In this document: piece after piece, positions 37,394-46,297 of the stretch
How positions within the stretch are numbered: the stretch's first letter is position 1
Layout: every line of letters starts with the position of its first letter
Assembly (NCBI GenBank): GCA_019429125.1
Contig: JAHYJO010000010.1
Location: 1-52,865, forward strand
From: Nanobdellati archaeon
GTDB lineage: Archaea; EX4484-52; GLR71
Direction: 5' to 3'
Length of the DNA stretch: 52,865 nucleotides
Translations under genes and position numbers: made by a program
The notes under the pieces: model-generated
The model's database searches: none
What the model was told of the DNA's origin: nothing
The model's input: the letters and a program-made list of their open reading frames with translations, nothing else

Positions 37394-37570
37394 TCAGCCC
37401 AGGATAGAGATTATTGCGGGTGCAACATATTTTGTGTCAATAGGGTTATTGAAAGATAATATTATGTTTTTCTTATCATTTTCATTATCAGTATTAGCTA
37501 TATCATAGTCGCCTATCATTTCAGAATTGCCGAGTTTTTTTAGTAGCTCATCTGTGTTTCCTTTAGCCAT
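37394..37570 (-). CDS. Small hypothetical protein
   Basis: MAKGNTDELLKKLG...; convergent with the Lrp-like gene. Confidence 0.4.
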   Translation of the reverse strand: MAKGNTDELLKKLGNSEMIGDYDIANTDNENDKKNIILSFNNPIDTKYVAPAIISILG

Positions 37571-37798
37571 GAGTTCAATAGTTCGTATAAACATGTTTTA
37601 TAACCTCTTAAGTTTTAAAAGCAATATCATATGATGTGGTGTTATATTACTATACGTGTATAAGACTAGAAAAGTATATAAATCTGAAATATAAGTATAT
37701 ATATTCTTTGTTGTGCGTCTCTTAAACACAACAAGGTTTAATATCTTTTTCAAACAAATATTATAAAAATAGACATTAAAAGTTATATTATTCTTACG

Positions 37799-40700
37799 GT
37801 GGTCATTGATTTGGAAATAGATAAGGAGACAAAAGAATATTTTGATTCTCTGGATAGTGAGATAGATAAGGCGTATGAGCTTGCAGGTAGGGCTAGGCAA
37901 ATGAATCTAGACCCTGAGCAGAAGGTAGATATACCTATAGCTGAAGATTTGGCTGCGCGTGTTGAGGGGCTTGTCTCTATGATATTTCCAGAATTTATAG
38001 GGTCGGGCCTTAAGGAAGGCATACGTGAACTTGAAGCTGAATATGGCAAGAATGATGAGCGGGTCGCGCTTGTGGTATCTGAAAGGGTCGCTAAAGAAAG
38101 ATATTCTAAATTCGAATCTAAAGAGAGAGCGATTGAAGGAGGCATAAGAGTAGGTCTTGCGTATCTTACTTTAGGTGTCGTGACTGCGCCTCTTGAAGGT
38201 ATTAGTTCTGTGAATATAAAAGACGGTTATATTTCAATATATTATTCTGGACCTATCAGAAGTGCTGGGGGAACAGCATCAGCTATGTCGGTCCTTATAG
38301 CTGATTACCTTCGGAAAAAGATGGGTCTTGCTAAATATGAGGCAAATGAGACTGAAAGGAAAAGGTATGCAGCTGAAGTTGAAGATTATTACAGGCTTGT
38401 TGGGATGCAGTATCATCCGATTGATAAAGAGATTGAGATGATAATAGAAAATGTCAATGTGTGCCTTGATGGGGATCCTACTGAAAAGTTTGAGGTGTCA
38501 AACTATAAGGATCTACCTAGAGTTGAGACAAACCGTATTCGTGGAGGTATGTGTCTTGTTGTGGGTGAAGGGCTTACGTTAAAGGCACCAAAGCTTCTTA
38601 AAAGAGTAAACAAGTTCGGCAAAGAGTTTGATTTTGAGGACTGGTTATGGTTGGAAAAATATAATGAGCTTAAATTGAGCGTGAACTCGGTTAAAACTGA
38701 GGGCGTTGAAGTTGACGTGAAATACACGCCGTCTACAAAATACATTTCTAAAGTGATTGCGGGAAGACCTATACTGTCACATCCGGCACGGCCTGGTGGG
38801 TTCAGGTTAAGGTATGGTAGGTCGAGGACGTCAGGTATTGCGGCCACTGCACTTCACCCCGGTGTTTTTCATCTTACGCAGTTTGTGGCTGTAGGCACTC
38901 AGCTTGCGACTGAGTTACCTGGCAAGGCAACGGTATGCGCACCTGTGGATACTGTTGAGCCACCTGTCGTACTTTTAAAAGATGGTACGGTACGAAAGAT
39001 AATAACGGCCTACGATGCAAAGAAATACAGGGGCCAGGTACATAAGATATTGTCTATGGGGGACATACTTATACCTTATGGTGAATTTGTGAGTCAGAAC
39101 CACATACTTCTGCCGTCTTGTTACTGCGAGGAATGGTGGGGGCTTGAAGTTCTTCGTGAGATGAAAGATAAAAAATGCTCAATTGATGCAATACCGTTTG
39201 CAAACAAGCCGTATAAAATACCGTCATTTGATTCTGCTGTAATCATATCAAAAGAGTTGTCAGTGCCTATGCATCCTGTGTACAATCATTTCTGGCATGA
39301 CCTGTCAAAAGATGAACTTGCAAATCTTGTTCGTGCGGTTGCTATGGGTACTGTTGTAGGAGATACTTTGTTGATTGATTGTTCTGTTAAGAAGATGCTT
39401 GAGGTGTTATGCATACTTCACAGGGTGGATGAGACTTCTGGGAACGTTGTTTTTGATAAGGATGAGATGGATACAATCCTATTCACGTTGGGCAATCCGT
39501 CTAGTGTGAATGTGGATAAGTTATGTACAGTTGTAGACAAATCTAAAAATACGGTTGAGGCAATATCATCACTTTCAGGAGTTGTGTTCCATGAGAAAGG
39601 CATTACACGTGTAGGGCTTAAGATGGGAAGGCCTGAAAAAGCTGAAAGACGGCTTATGAAAGGAAGACCACAGGTAATATTTCCTTGTGGTGAAGAGGGA
39701 GGCAGGATGAGAAATCTGATGGAATCGTATTCTGCAGGTAAAGTGTCTTCATATTTTCCGACTTTTAGATGTCCTAAGTGCAACATGCAGGCATACGGCA
39801 AGATATGCTTTAAATGTGGTGATAACACACAGGAATACAGGTTCTGTTCAAAATGTAAAAAGAGCGTTCCTGACAAAGAGCATTGTGGATATCCGACAGA
39901 CAGGTTTAGGCATGTGCAGATTAATCCAAAAGAGGCAATCGATATTGCAGCAAAGAATTTGGGGATTAAAGTGTTGCCAAAACTGCTTAAGGGTGTGAAG
40001 GGTGCATCTGGGCGCGATAAAGACATGGAGATTATTGAGAAAGGACTATTGCGTGAAAAGTATGGGCTTTATGTGAACAAGGATGGGACTACACGATATG
40101 ATGCAAGTGATGTGCCTATAAGTCATTTCAAGCCTAAAGAGATTGATGTCAGCATAACGGTGTTGAAAAAACACGGGTATGTCAATGATGTCTACGGAAA
40201 ACCGCTCATAGATGATAATCAGGTTTTAGAACTCAAGGTGCAGGACATCATCATATCTGACAATTCTGATTTTTCTAGTGCTGATTATTTCATTAACGTG
40301 TGTAAATTTGTTGATGAGCTTCTTGTCAAGGTGTATGGTCTTGAACCGTATTATAACGTGAAGAAGAAAGAAGATCTTGTGGGGCAGATGGTGATAGGGC
40401 TTGCGCCACATACGTCTGCGGGGATTATTGGTAGGATTATCGGGTTTACGCCGGCCAAAGTATGTTATGCACACCCGTTTTGGCACTCTGCTAAAAGACG
40501 GAACTGTGACGGTGATGAAGATTCTATACTGTTACTTATGGACGCGCTTGTTAATTTCTCTAGGAAATTCTTACCTACTACTCGTGGGGCTGCTACAATG
40601 GATGCGCCACTTGTTCTTACTACACATCTTGATCCTGAAGAGGTAGATGATGAGGCATGGAGTGTTGATATTGTTGATTCATATCCGTTGACATTTTATG

Positions 40701-41263
40701 AAGATACAATGGAGTACAAGAAACCATGGGAAATAAGAGATAAGATTGAGCTTGTTGAAAACAGGATGGGTAAGCCTGGCGTGTATCATTCCATGTTCAC
40801 GCATGATACTGATAATTTAAATGATGCAGTTTTTAAGTCACGTTATGTTGTTTTAGAGACTATGAGCGAAAAGCTTGATGCACAGCTTAAGCTGGCTACA
40901 CAGGCGGTTGCTGTTGACGAAAGTGATGTGTCTGAAAAGATTTTAGAGAAACATCTCTTAAAAGATATAAAAGGTAATATGAGGACGTTTTCAGGGCAGA
41001 GGCTTCGTTGCGTGACCTGTAATGAGAAATATCGTCGTGTGCCTTTGACTGGTAAATGTTCTGCATGTGGAGGTAAACTGCTTCTTACAGTATCTGAAGG
41101 GACAATTCGTAAATATATTGAGCCGTCAAAACATATTATGAATAATTTTGAGGTCAGTTTATATTTGAGGCAACAATTCGCAATTTTAGAAGCCGAGGTT
41201 GATGCATTTTTCGGTAAACGCGCAAGACAGTTTAAGCTTGGCATGTTTGGCAAGAAAGACTAA
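37799..41263 (+). CDS. polC: DNA polymerase D large subunit DP2 (no intein)
   Basis: GPIRSAGGTA, GGFRLRYGRSR, MGRPEKA, KRRNCDGDED catalytic motif, Zn fingers, C-terminal QFKLGMF. Confidence 0.97.
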   Translation: MVIDLEIDKETKEYFDSLDSEIDKAYELAGRARQMNLDPEQKVDIPIAEDLAARVEGLVSMIFPEFIGSGLKEGIRELEAEYGKNDERVALVVSERVAKERYSKFESKERAIEGGIRVGLAYLTLGVVTAPLEGISSVNIKDGYISIYYSGPIRSAGGTASAMSVLIADYLRKKMGLAKYEANETERKRYAAEVEDYYRLVGMQYHPIDKEIEMIIENVNVCLDGDPTEKFEVSNYKDLPRVETNRIRGGMCLVVGEGLTLKAPKLLKRVNKFGKEFDFEDWLWLEKYNELKLSVNSVKTEGVEVDVKYTPSTKYISKVIAGRPILSHPARPGGFRLRYGRSRTSGIAATALHPGVFHLTQFVAVGTQLATELPGKATVCAPVDTVEPPVVLLKDGTVRKIITAYDAKKYRGQVHKILSMGDILIPYGEFVSQNHILLPSCYCEEWWGLEVLREMKDKKCSIDAIPFANKPYKIPSFDSAVIISKELSVPMHPVYNHFWHDLSKDELANLVRAVAMGTVVGDTLLIDCSVKKMLEVLCILHRVDETSGNVVFDKDEMDTILFTLGNPSSVNVDKLCTVVDKSKNTVEAISSLSGVVFHEKGITRVGLKMGRPEKAERRLMKGRPQVIFPCGEEGGRMRNLMESYSAGKVSSYFPTFRCPKCNMQAYGKICFKCGDNTQEYRFCSKCKKSVPDKEHCGYPTDRFRHVQINPKEAIDIAAKNLGIKVLPKLLKGVKGASGRDKDMEIIEKGLLREKYGLYVNKDGTTRYDASDVPISHFKPKEIDVSITVLKKHGYVNDVYGKPLIDDNQVLELKVQDIIISDNSDFSSADYFINVCKFVDELLVKVYGLEPYYNVKKKEDLVGQMVIGLAPHTSAGIIGRIIGFTPAKVCYAHPFWHSAKRRNCDGDEDSILLLMDALVNFSRKFLPTTRGAATMDAPLVLTTHLDPEEVDDEAWSVDIVDSYPLTFYEDTMEYKKPWEIRDKIELVENRMGKPGVYHSMFTHDTDNLNDAVFKSRYVVLETMSEKLDAQLKLATQAVAVDESDVSEKILEKHLLKDIKGNMRTFSGQRLRCVTCNEKYRRVPLTGKCSACGGKLLLTVSEGTIRKYIEPSKHIMNNFEVSLYLRQQFAILEAEVDAFFGKRARQFKLGMFGKKD

Positions 41264-41295
41264 TTGGGTGATTGAACCAAAATATATATAAGCAT

Positions 41296-41538
41296 GTTCC
41301 ATAAGAAATGAACAGGTCGTGTACCTTTTGTTGTCATGTGTGCATAGGAAATGAAGGGGTGTGTTGTTGAGATGTAGCATCCACCAAAACCTTTATAAAC
41401 CTCTCCATAGGAAATGATGGGGTTTCCGTGAAGGTTGCATTATTCATGTGAGAGATAAGTATGGTCGCTGTTTCTTGTTTTGTGTTTTAAAAAGTTGCTG
41501 GTTGCGTATTTTTGGGTGTTCCATAAGAAATGAACGGG
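41296..41538 (+). repeat. Four direct ORB-like 21-bp repeats
   Basis: GTTCCATAAGAAATGAACAGG (41296), GTGCATAGGAAATGAAGGGG (41340), TCTCCATAGGAAATGATGGGG (41402), GTTCCATAAGAAATGAACGGG (41518). Confidence 0.8.
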
Positions 41539-41593
41539 TGTTAATTTCACATAACTTTTGTTTGTTTACGTGAAGTTGAAATAAATTGTTTTT

Positions 41594-42244
41594 TCAATAA
41601 GAATACTTCTTTATTGTGTTGTTTATACTTTCTTTTGCGTCTGTTTCTATAATTTTTCCGTGGCCTGGAAGAATGGTTGTTACACTTATTGTTTTTAGGA
41701 GACCAAGTGATTGTATCATTTCGTTTTCATTACTTCCTGGCAAGTCGGTGCGGCCTATGGCATTTAAAAATATTGTGTCTCCTGTGAACAGTATCTTTTT
41801 TTCTTTTTCGTATAGGCATATGGAACCTTCAGTGTGGCCAGGGGTATGGATAACTTTAAGGAGCATGTCATCTATACGTATGGTGTCCGAATCAAAAAGT
41901 TTTAGATCCACTTTTTGTGATATTAGTTCTTTTCCAAAAGCAAAGGCACAGCTTTTTGAATTGTCGCCAGTTTCAAGAATTTGTGTGTCATCAGAATGCA
42001 TTGCAATCTTTGCATTCGTAAATAAGGATGCACCACCTATGTGATCATAGTGGGCATGAGTGAAGATGATCCGTTCTATGTTGTCAGGGGTTATGTTTAG
42101 GGAGGCAAGCGCTTTTTCAAGAATGTTTTTGTGGAAGCCTAAACCTGTATCTATCAAGATTTTTTTCTTTATAAGGTATATGTTTGATTCAAGACCTCCT
42201 AGCTGTATAAGGTGGATGTCGTCTGTTATCTTTTGGATTTCCAT
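41594..42244 (-). CDS. Metallo-beta-lactamase fold hydrolase (glyoxalase II-like)
   Basis: THAHYDHIGG, HTPGHT, TGDT, PGHG. Confidence 0.92.
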   Translation of the reverse strand: MEIQKITDDIHLIQLGGLESNIYLIKKKILIDTGLGFHKNILEKALASLNITPDNIERIIFTHAHYDHIGGASLFTNAKIAMHSDDTQILETGDNSKSCAFAFGKELISQKVDLKLFDSDTIRIDDMLLKVIHTPGHTEGSICLYEKEKKILFTGDTIFLNAIGRTDLPGSNENEMIQSLGLLKTISVTTILPGHGKIIETDAKESINNTIKKYSY

Positions 42245-42336
42245 GTGTATTATTTCTGTTTTGGGTTTTATATTTGTTGGGTTGGAAGGATAAGAAAGTA
42301 GGTATTTATGGAGAGAGGTTAAGAAGAGGCTTTAGT

Positions 42337-42600
42337 TTAATCGTTAAAAATTGTGTTGTATATTTCATTTTGTTCTGAAACACTTTGTAACCAGTTACAA
42401 ATGTTGTCTTTAGTAGTATCAATATCTGTGAAATATTGTGTTATTTTTGTATCATTTAGTTCGTTTTTATCTATTTTTTTGATGATTTTTTCAAAGGTTT
42501 CGTAGTCTTTAAGAATAATATTGTCAATAATATAGGTTTTGTCTATATTGTTGTTATATTTATTGTTTATGTTCTTAAGCATTTGTAAAATAGGAGACAT
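42337..42600 (-). CDS. Hypothetical protein (possibly a fragment)
   Basis: 87-aa N/I/K-rich ORF with no motif. Confidence 0.35.
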   Translation of the reverse strand: MSPILQMLKNINNKYNNNIDKTYIIDNIILKDYETFEKIIKKIDKNELNDTKITQYFTDIDTTKDNICNWLQSVSEQNEIYNTIFND

Positions 42601-42737
42601 TTCTATTTTTTCTGGAATTTTCTTTAATCTTAATCATTATATGAAGTAAATCTCTCTCTTGCGCTACAAAGACCACTATAAAATTCAAAGAGAATTAGTT
42701 CTATATCAATTTGATGTTGTTGATATTTGTGGGCTGT

Positions 42738-44339
42738 TCAGTTATATCTTTTTTTGATTGCGGCTTCCACAAGACCTAAGAACAAGGGATGAGGGGTAAG
42801 AGGTTTTGATTTTAGTTCTGGGTGCGCTTGCGTTGCAATGAAATAAGGGTGATTGTCCAGTTCTAAGAATTCCATCAGTTTCTGGTCTGGGGATTTTCCG
42901 GAGAATATGAGACCATTCTTTTCAAGTTTGGAGACATAGGAGTTATTGACTTCGTATCTGTGTCTGTGTCTTTCTGAGATTTCAGTTTTGCCATATAGCT
43001 TTTCTGCAAGTGAACCTTTTTTAAGGTTTGCAGGCCATGCACCTAGGCGCATGGTGGCACCCATAGTGTCTATTTTTTTCTGGGAGGCCATTATGTTTAT
43101 TATAGGTATTTTCGTGTCTGGATTTATTTCTGTGGATGTTGCATCTTTTAGGTTGCAGACATTGCGCGCAAATTCTACACAGGCTAACTGGAAACCAAGG
43201 CATAGGCCAAGGAAGGGTATGTTGTTCTCTCTTGCATATTTTATGCATCGTATCTTTCCTTCAGTACCACGTGAACCGAAACCACCAGGGACTATCAAGG
43301 CATCTACATCTTTTAGTGCAGTTTTTAGGTCAATAGTATTGTTTTCAATGTGTGTAGTCTCTATGAATTTTATTTCAATTTCGCATGTGTATCGTGAACG
43401 TGCGTGATTTAATGCTTCATTTATGGATACGTATGAATCATGGAGCTGTGTGTATTTTCCTGTCATGGCAATTGTTATTTTCTTGTCTATGTTTTTTAGG
43501 CCATTTACAAAAGATGTCCAAGCATTTAGTTCGCTTCCATTGTGTTTCATGTCGAAATGATTTATTATTTTTTCTGCAATCTTTTGCTCTTTAAGTATGA
43601 GGGGGAGTTCGTAGATGTTTGCGTCATGGTCTGATATAACGTCTTCTTCTTTTACGCCGCAGAAGAGGGAAATCTTTCTTTTTGTCCTATTTATTAATGG
43701 ATCTTTGCAGCGGCAGACGATCATGTTGGGTCTGATGCCTATGTTACCTAAAATTCGTACTGAATGTTGGGCAGGTTTTGTTTTCTGTTCGCCTACAACA
43801 TCAAGTGTGGGCACAAGAACAAGATGGATAAAATAGACATCTTCTGTCACTGAAAGTTCACGGGCAGCCTCAAGGAAAGGTATACTTTCTATGTCACCTA
43901 CTGTGCCTCCCACTTCTATCAAGACAAAGTCTTTGCCTTTACCAATTTTTTTAATGTGGTCTTGAATTGCGCAAGTTATATGAGGTATAATTTGTACGGT
44001 TTTTCCAAGATAGTCGCCTTTTCGTTCTTTGTCTATCACGTGTTTGTATATTTTACCGGTAGTCAGATTATTTTGTATGGAAAGGGTCATCTCAAGAAAA
44101 CGTTCATAATTACCAAGATCCATGTCTACTTCGCCACCGTCGTCTAAGACGAAGACTTCTCCATGCTCTAGAGGGTTCATAGTACCTGCATCTATGTTTA
44201 AATAAGGATCAATTTTTAGTGGTGCTATAGAATAATTTTGTGCCTGGAGTAGTTTGCCTATAGAAACTGTCAAGATGCCTTTCCCAAGGCCGGACATGAC
44301 ACCGCCTGTTATGAATATATATTGGGTCTTTTTCTCCAT
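42738..44339 (-). CDS. pyrG: CTP synthase
   Basis: TGGVMSGLGKG, KIDPYLN, GKTVQIIPH, VPGGFG, GLCLG, RHRHRYE, QAHPE. Confidence 0.97.
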   Translation of the reverse strand: MEKKTQYIFITGGVMSGLGKGILTVSIGKLLQAQNYSIAPLKIDPYLNIDAGTMNPLEHGEVFVLDDGGEVDMDLGNYERFLEMTLSIQNNLTTGKIYKHVIDKERKGDYLGKTVQIIPHITCAIQDHIKKIGKGKDFVLIEVGGTVGDIESIPFLEAARELSVTEDVYFIHLVLVPTLDVVGEQKTKPAQHSVRILGNIGIRPNMIVCRCKDPLINRTKRKISLFCGVKEEDVISDHDANIYELPLILKEQKIAEKIINHFDMKHNGSELNAWTSFVNGLKNIDKKITIAMTGKYTQLHDSYVSINEALNHARSRYTCEIEIKFIETTHIENNTIDLKTALKDVDALIVPGGFGSRGTEGKIRCIKYARENNIPFLGLCLGFQLACVEFARNVCNLKDATSTEINPDTKIPIINIMASQKKIDTMGATMRLGAWPANLKKGSLAEKLYGKTEISERHRHRYEVNNSYVSKLEKNGLIFSGKSPDQKLMEFLELDNHPYFIATQAHPELKSKPLTPHPLFLGLVEAAIKKRYN

Positions 44340-44532
44340 TATAACACAACACATTAAATATTGATATAATATAAAATAACTATGTATCTTTTATAAATAT
44401 AACGTAAGAAAGAGGGCTGTTTTGTTCTGAAGAAGATAACAAAGTCTTCATTAATGTGTATGTAGGGGGTATAATTTGATTTGTGTCTTGTCTTTTATAT
44501 GTTTTTGTATGGTGTATTAGTTATTATTTTTT

Positions 44533-44603
44533 GTGGCTCATAAGCTACTCCGGAAATCACTAAGCCGTGAAGCTTTCATCCTAGGGCATATAATCATTGC
44601 CAC
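44533..44603 (-). ncRNA. Box C/D 2'-O-methylation guide sRNA (71 nt)
   Basis: GUGGC-A-AUGAUUA(C)-guide-AUGA(D')-AAGC/GCUU stem-GUGAUUU(C')-CCGGAGUAGCUU-AUGA(D)-GCCAC; terminal stem; TATA-like TTTAAAAA ~20-27 nt upstream. Confidence 0.75.
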
Positions 44604-44633
44604 ATGATAGTTGTGTTGTTCATTTTTAAATTA

Positions 44634-45677
44634 TTATTCTTTTGGACGTCCTTTTTTATTAAGGGGCGTGAGTTCAAAATCAAAGGAGTCATCAGTCGGC
44701 ATAGATAGGACAATTGCAGCATCTAATCCCTTTGTTGCTGCTCTTTTTGCATTTTTTACGGTTGTCTCTATGCGGTTGTTTTTGGTTGTGTATGTATTTG
44801 GTTTTAAGACTAAGCTGCATAAATCATCTACAATGACACCTTTTCTTATAAGGCCTTGCTTTGTAACTGTTTCCCAAGGCAGTCTTACATTTTCGGCACG
44901 GTGTCTCATACGATTCCAGTATTGGTAATCATATTTTGTTGATGCTGTGCAGAGGTGGATGGATATATCTTTTATGTTTTCTTTTGCATATTTTAAGAGA
45001 GTCATACCTAATTCAACGCTATCTGCAACTGCATAATCTTCATTTTCTCGTAATATGAATCCTTGCTTTTCCATACGAGCGCAGTTAGTGTCTGAATATT
45101 CAAGCTCGTTTAAGTTCATGTAGTCAATTATACCTTCTGAGTCTTTTATGAGTTTTTTTAGCAGTTTTTCTTTTCCGGGAATAAGAGGTATCTCGATTCC
45201 AATTTTAAATTTAGCTTTGTCTTTTATCTTTTGTAATCGGCCAATGTCAAATATGTGAAATCTTAAAGCGTCAAGGCCTGATAGGTTTAGTTTTTGGATG
45301 TCGTTATCTGTTAAGTCTATCTTGGTTGTATATGCATGGATATGGAAATGGGGGCCCAATTTTTTTTTTAAAAATAATACATAATGGCAGAAAACATCTA
45401 TGTCAATAAGTGGTTCTCCTCCCGTTATGCCTAAGCCTGTTGAACTGCATTTTTTTATTTCATCTATTATGTCAGAATCTTTTTTGACTTTTATTTCGTT
45501 GATCCACATATTTTTTGTGCCTTTTCTCTGTTCTGAAAGAGGGCAGTAGAAACAGTCTTTATCGCAGAGGCCTGTCAGGAACAGGACTGATTTTTTTCCT
45601 TTTATACACATTCGGCAACCGTCTGGCAGAGTGCCCAATAGCTGTGAGTTGGCGTGTGTGTCTGTAATTTCGGTCAT
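44634..45677 (-). CDS. Conserved archaeal radical SAM protein
   Basis: GC..C..G.KSVLFLTGLCDKDCFYCP (CxxxCxxC), ITGGEP, NLNELE. Confidence 0.9.
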   Translation of the reverse strand: MTEITDTHANSQLLGTLPDGCRMCIKGKKSVLFLTGLCDKDCFYCPLSEQRKGTKNMWINEIKVKKDSDIIDEIKKCSSTGLGITGGEPLIDIDVFCHYVLFLKKKLGPHFHIHAYTTKIDLTDNDIQKLNLSGLDALRFHIFDIGRLQKIKDKAKFKIGIEIPLIPGKEKLLKKLIKDSEGIIDYMNLNELEYSDTNCARMEKQGFILRENEDYAVADSVELGMTLLKYAKENIKDISIHLCTASTKYDYQYWNRMRHRAENVRLPWETVTKQGLIRKGVIVDDLCSLVLKPNTYTTKNNRIETTVKNAKRAATKGLDAAIVLSMPTDDSFDFELTPLNKKGRPKE

Positions 45678-45701
45678 ATATATTCACGTGTAATTGTATA
45701 T

Positions 45702-45730
45702 TGAGTATATAATGAGTATATAATGAGCAT
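45702..45730. repeat. 11-bp tandem repeat (TGAGTATATAA x2.6) in the radical SAM promoter
   Basis: Units start at 45702, 45713 and 45724. Confidence 0.6.
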
Positions 45731-46118
45731 TGATTAAGCGTATATGTATATACTATATATAGTGTATAGGATGTGTTAACAGTGTCAATAATTTTTTTTA
45801 TGAATAACTATATACTGAAAGAGGGAAATACTTTTAAATATTCTTTGATATAATATTGGTTGTGATAACAATGTCATACCTGAATAACCATAATATTGCA
45901 TGGGATTTCTTTACAGGTATGGTCATATATACAGCCCTGACTAAAAAATGTCTGACATTTAGAAGTTAGTCGGGGATGATTCTATAATATTTTCATAGAG
46001 GACCTTTCTTGCCTGAAGATAGGGTACACAAAAAATTTAATGGATTAGATATAGATTTTTATATTTTTGCAATTTACCTACATAATTTATGGGTCTAAAA
46101 TTAATTAAGGTGATTTGA

Positions 46119-46274
46119 ATGAAGATGAAAGTTATATGTACAAGCTGTGAGAAAGAGATAGATTGGATATGGGGTAATCAGATATCTCGATGTGATGCAT
46201 GCAATACAATTCTTGATATTCACGATGTCAAGATTGCTAAAAGTTCGTATGAGCACTTTTTGCCGGCAGGTTAA
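46119..46274 (+). CDS. Small zinc-ribbon protein (51 aa, not in the ORF track)
   Basis: MKMKVICTSCEKEIDWIWGNQISRCDACNTILDIHDVKIAKSSYEHFLPAG*; two CxxC motifs; SD AGGTGA 5 nt upstream. Confidence 0.8.
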   Translation: MKMKVICTSCEKEIDWIWGNQISRCDACNTILDIHDVKIAKSSYEHFLPAG

Positions 46275-46297
46275 TTTTTATGTTTTCTTTTTGTCTT

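Noticed and set aside
22609-41253. Long antisense ORFs (e.g. 22609-23178, 26280-26774, 35402-35890, 39418-40026)
   Set aside because: Shadows of well-conserved genes with no independent motifs.
37799-41263. Inteins in polC or cdc6
   Set aside because: Lengths are normal, catalytic motifs are uninterrupted, and no splice-junction signatures are visible.
41296-41538. CRISPR array (repeats begin GTTCC)
   Set aside because: Repeats are only ~21 bp, degenerate and irregularly spaced (44, 62, 116 bp). There are no cas genes, and they fit the ORB consensus better.
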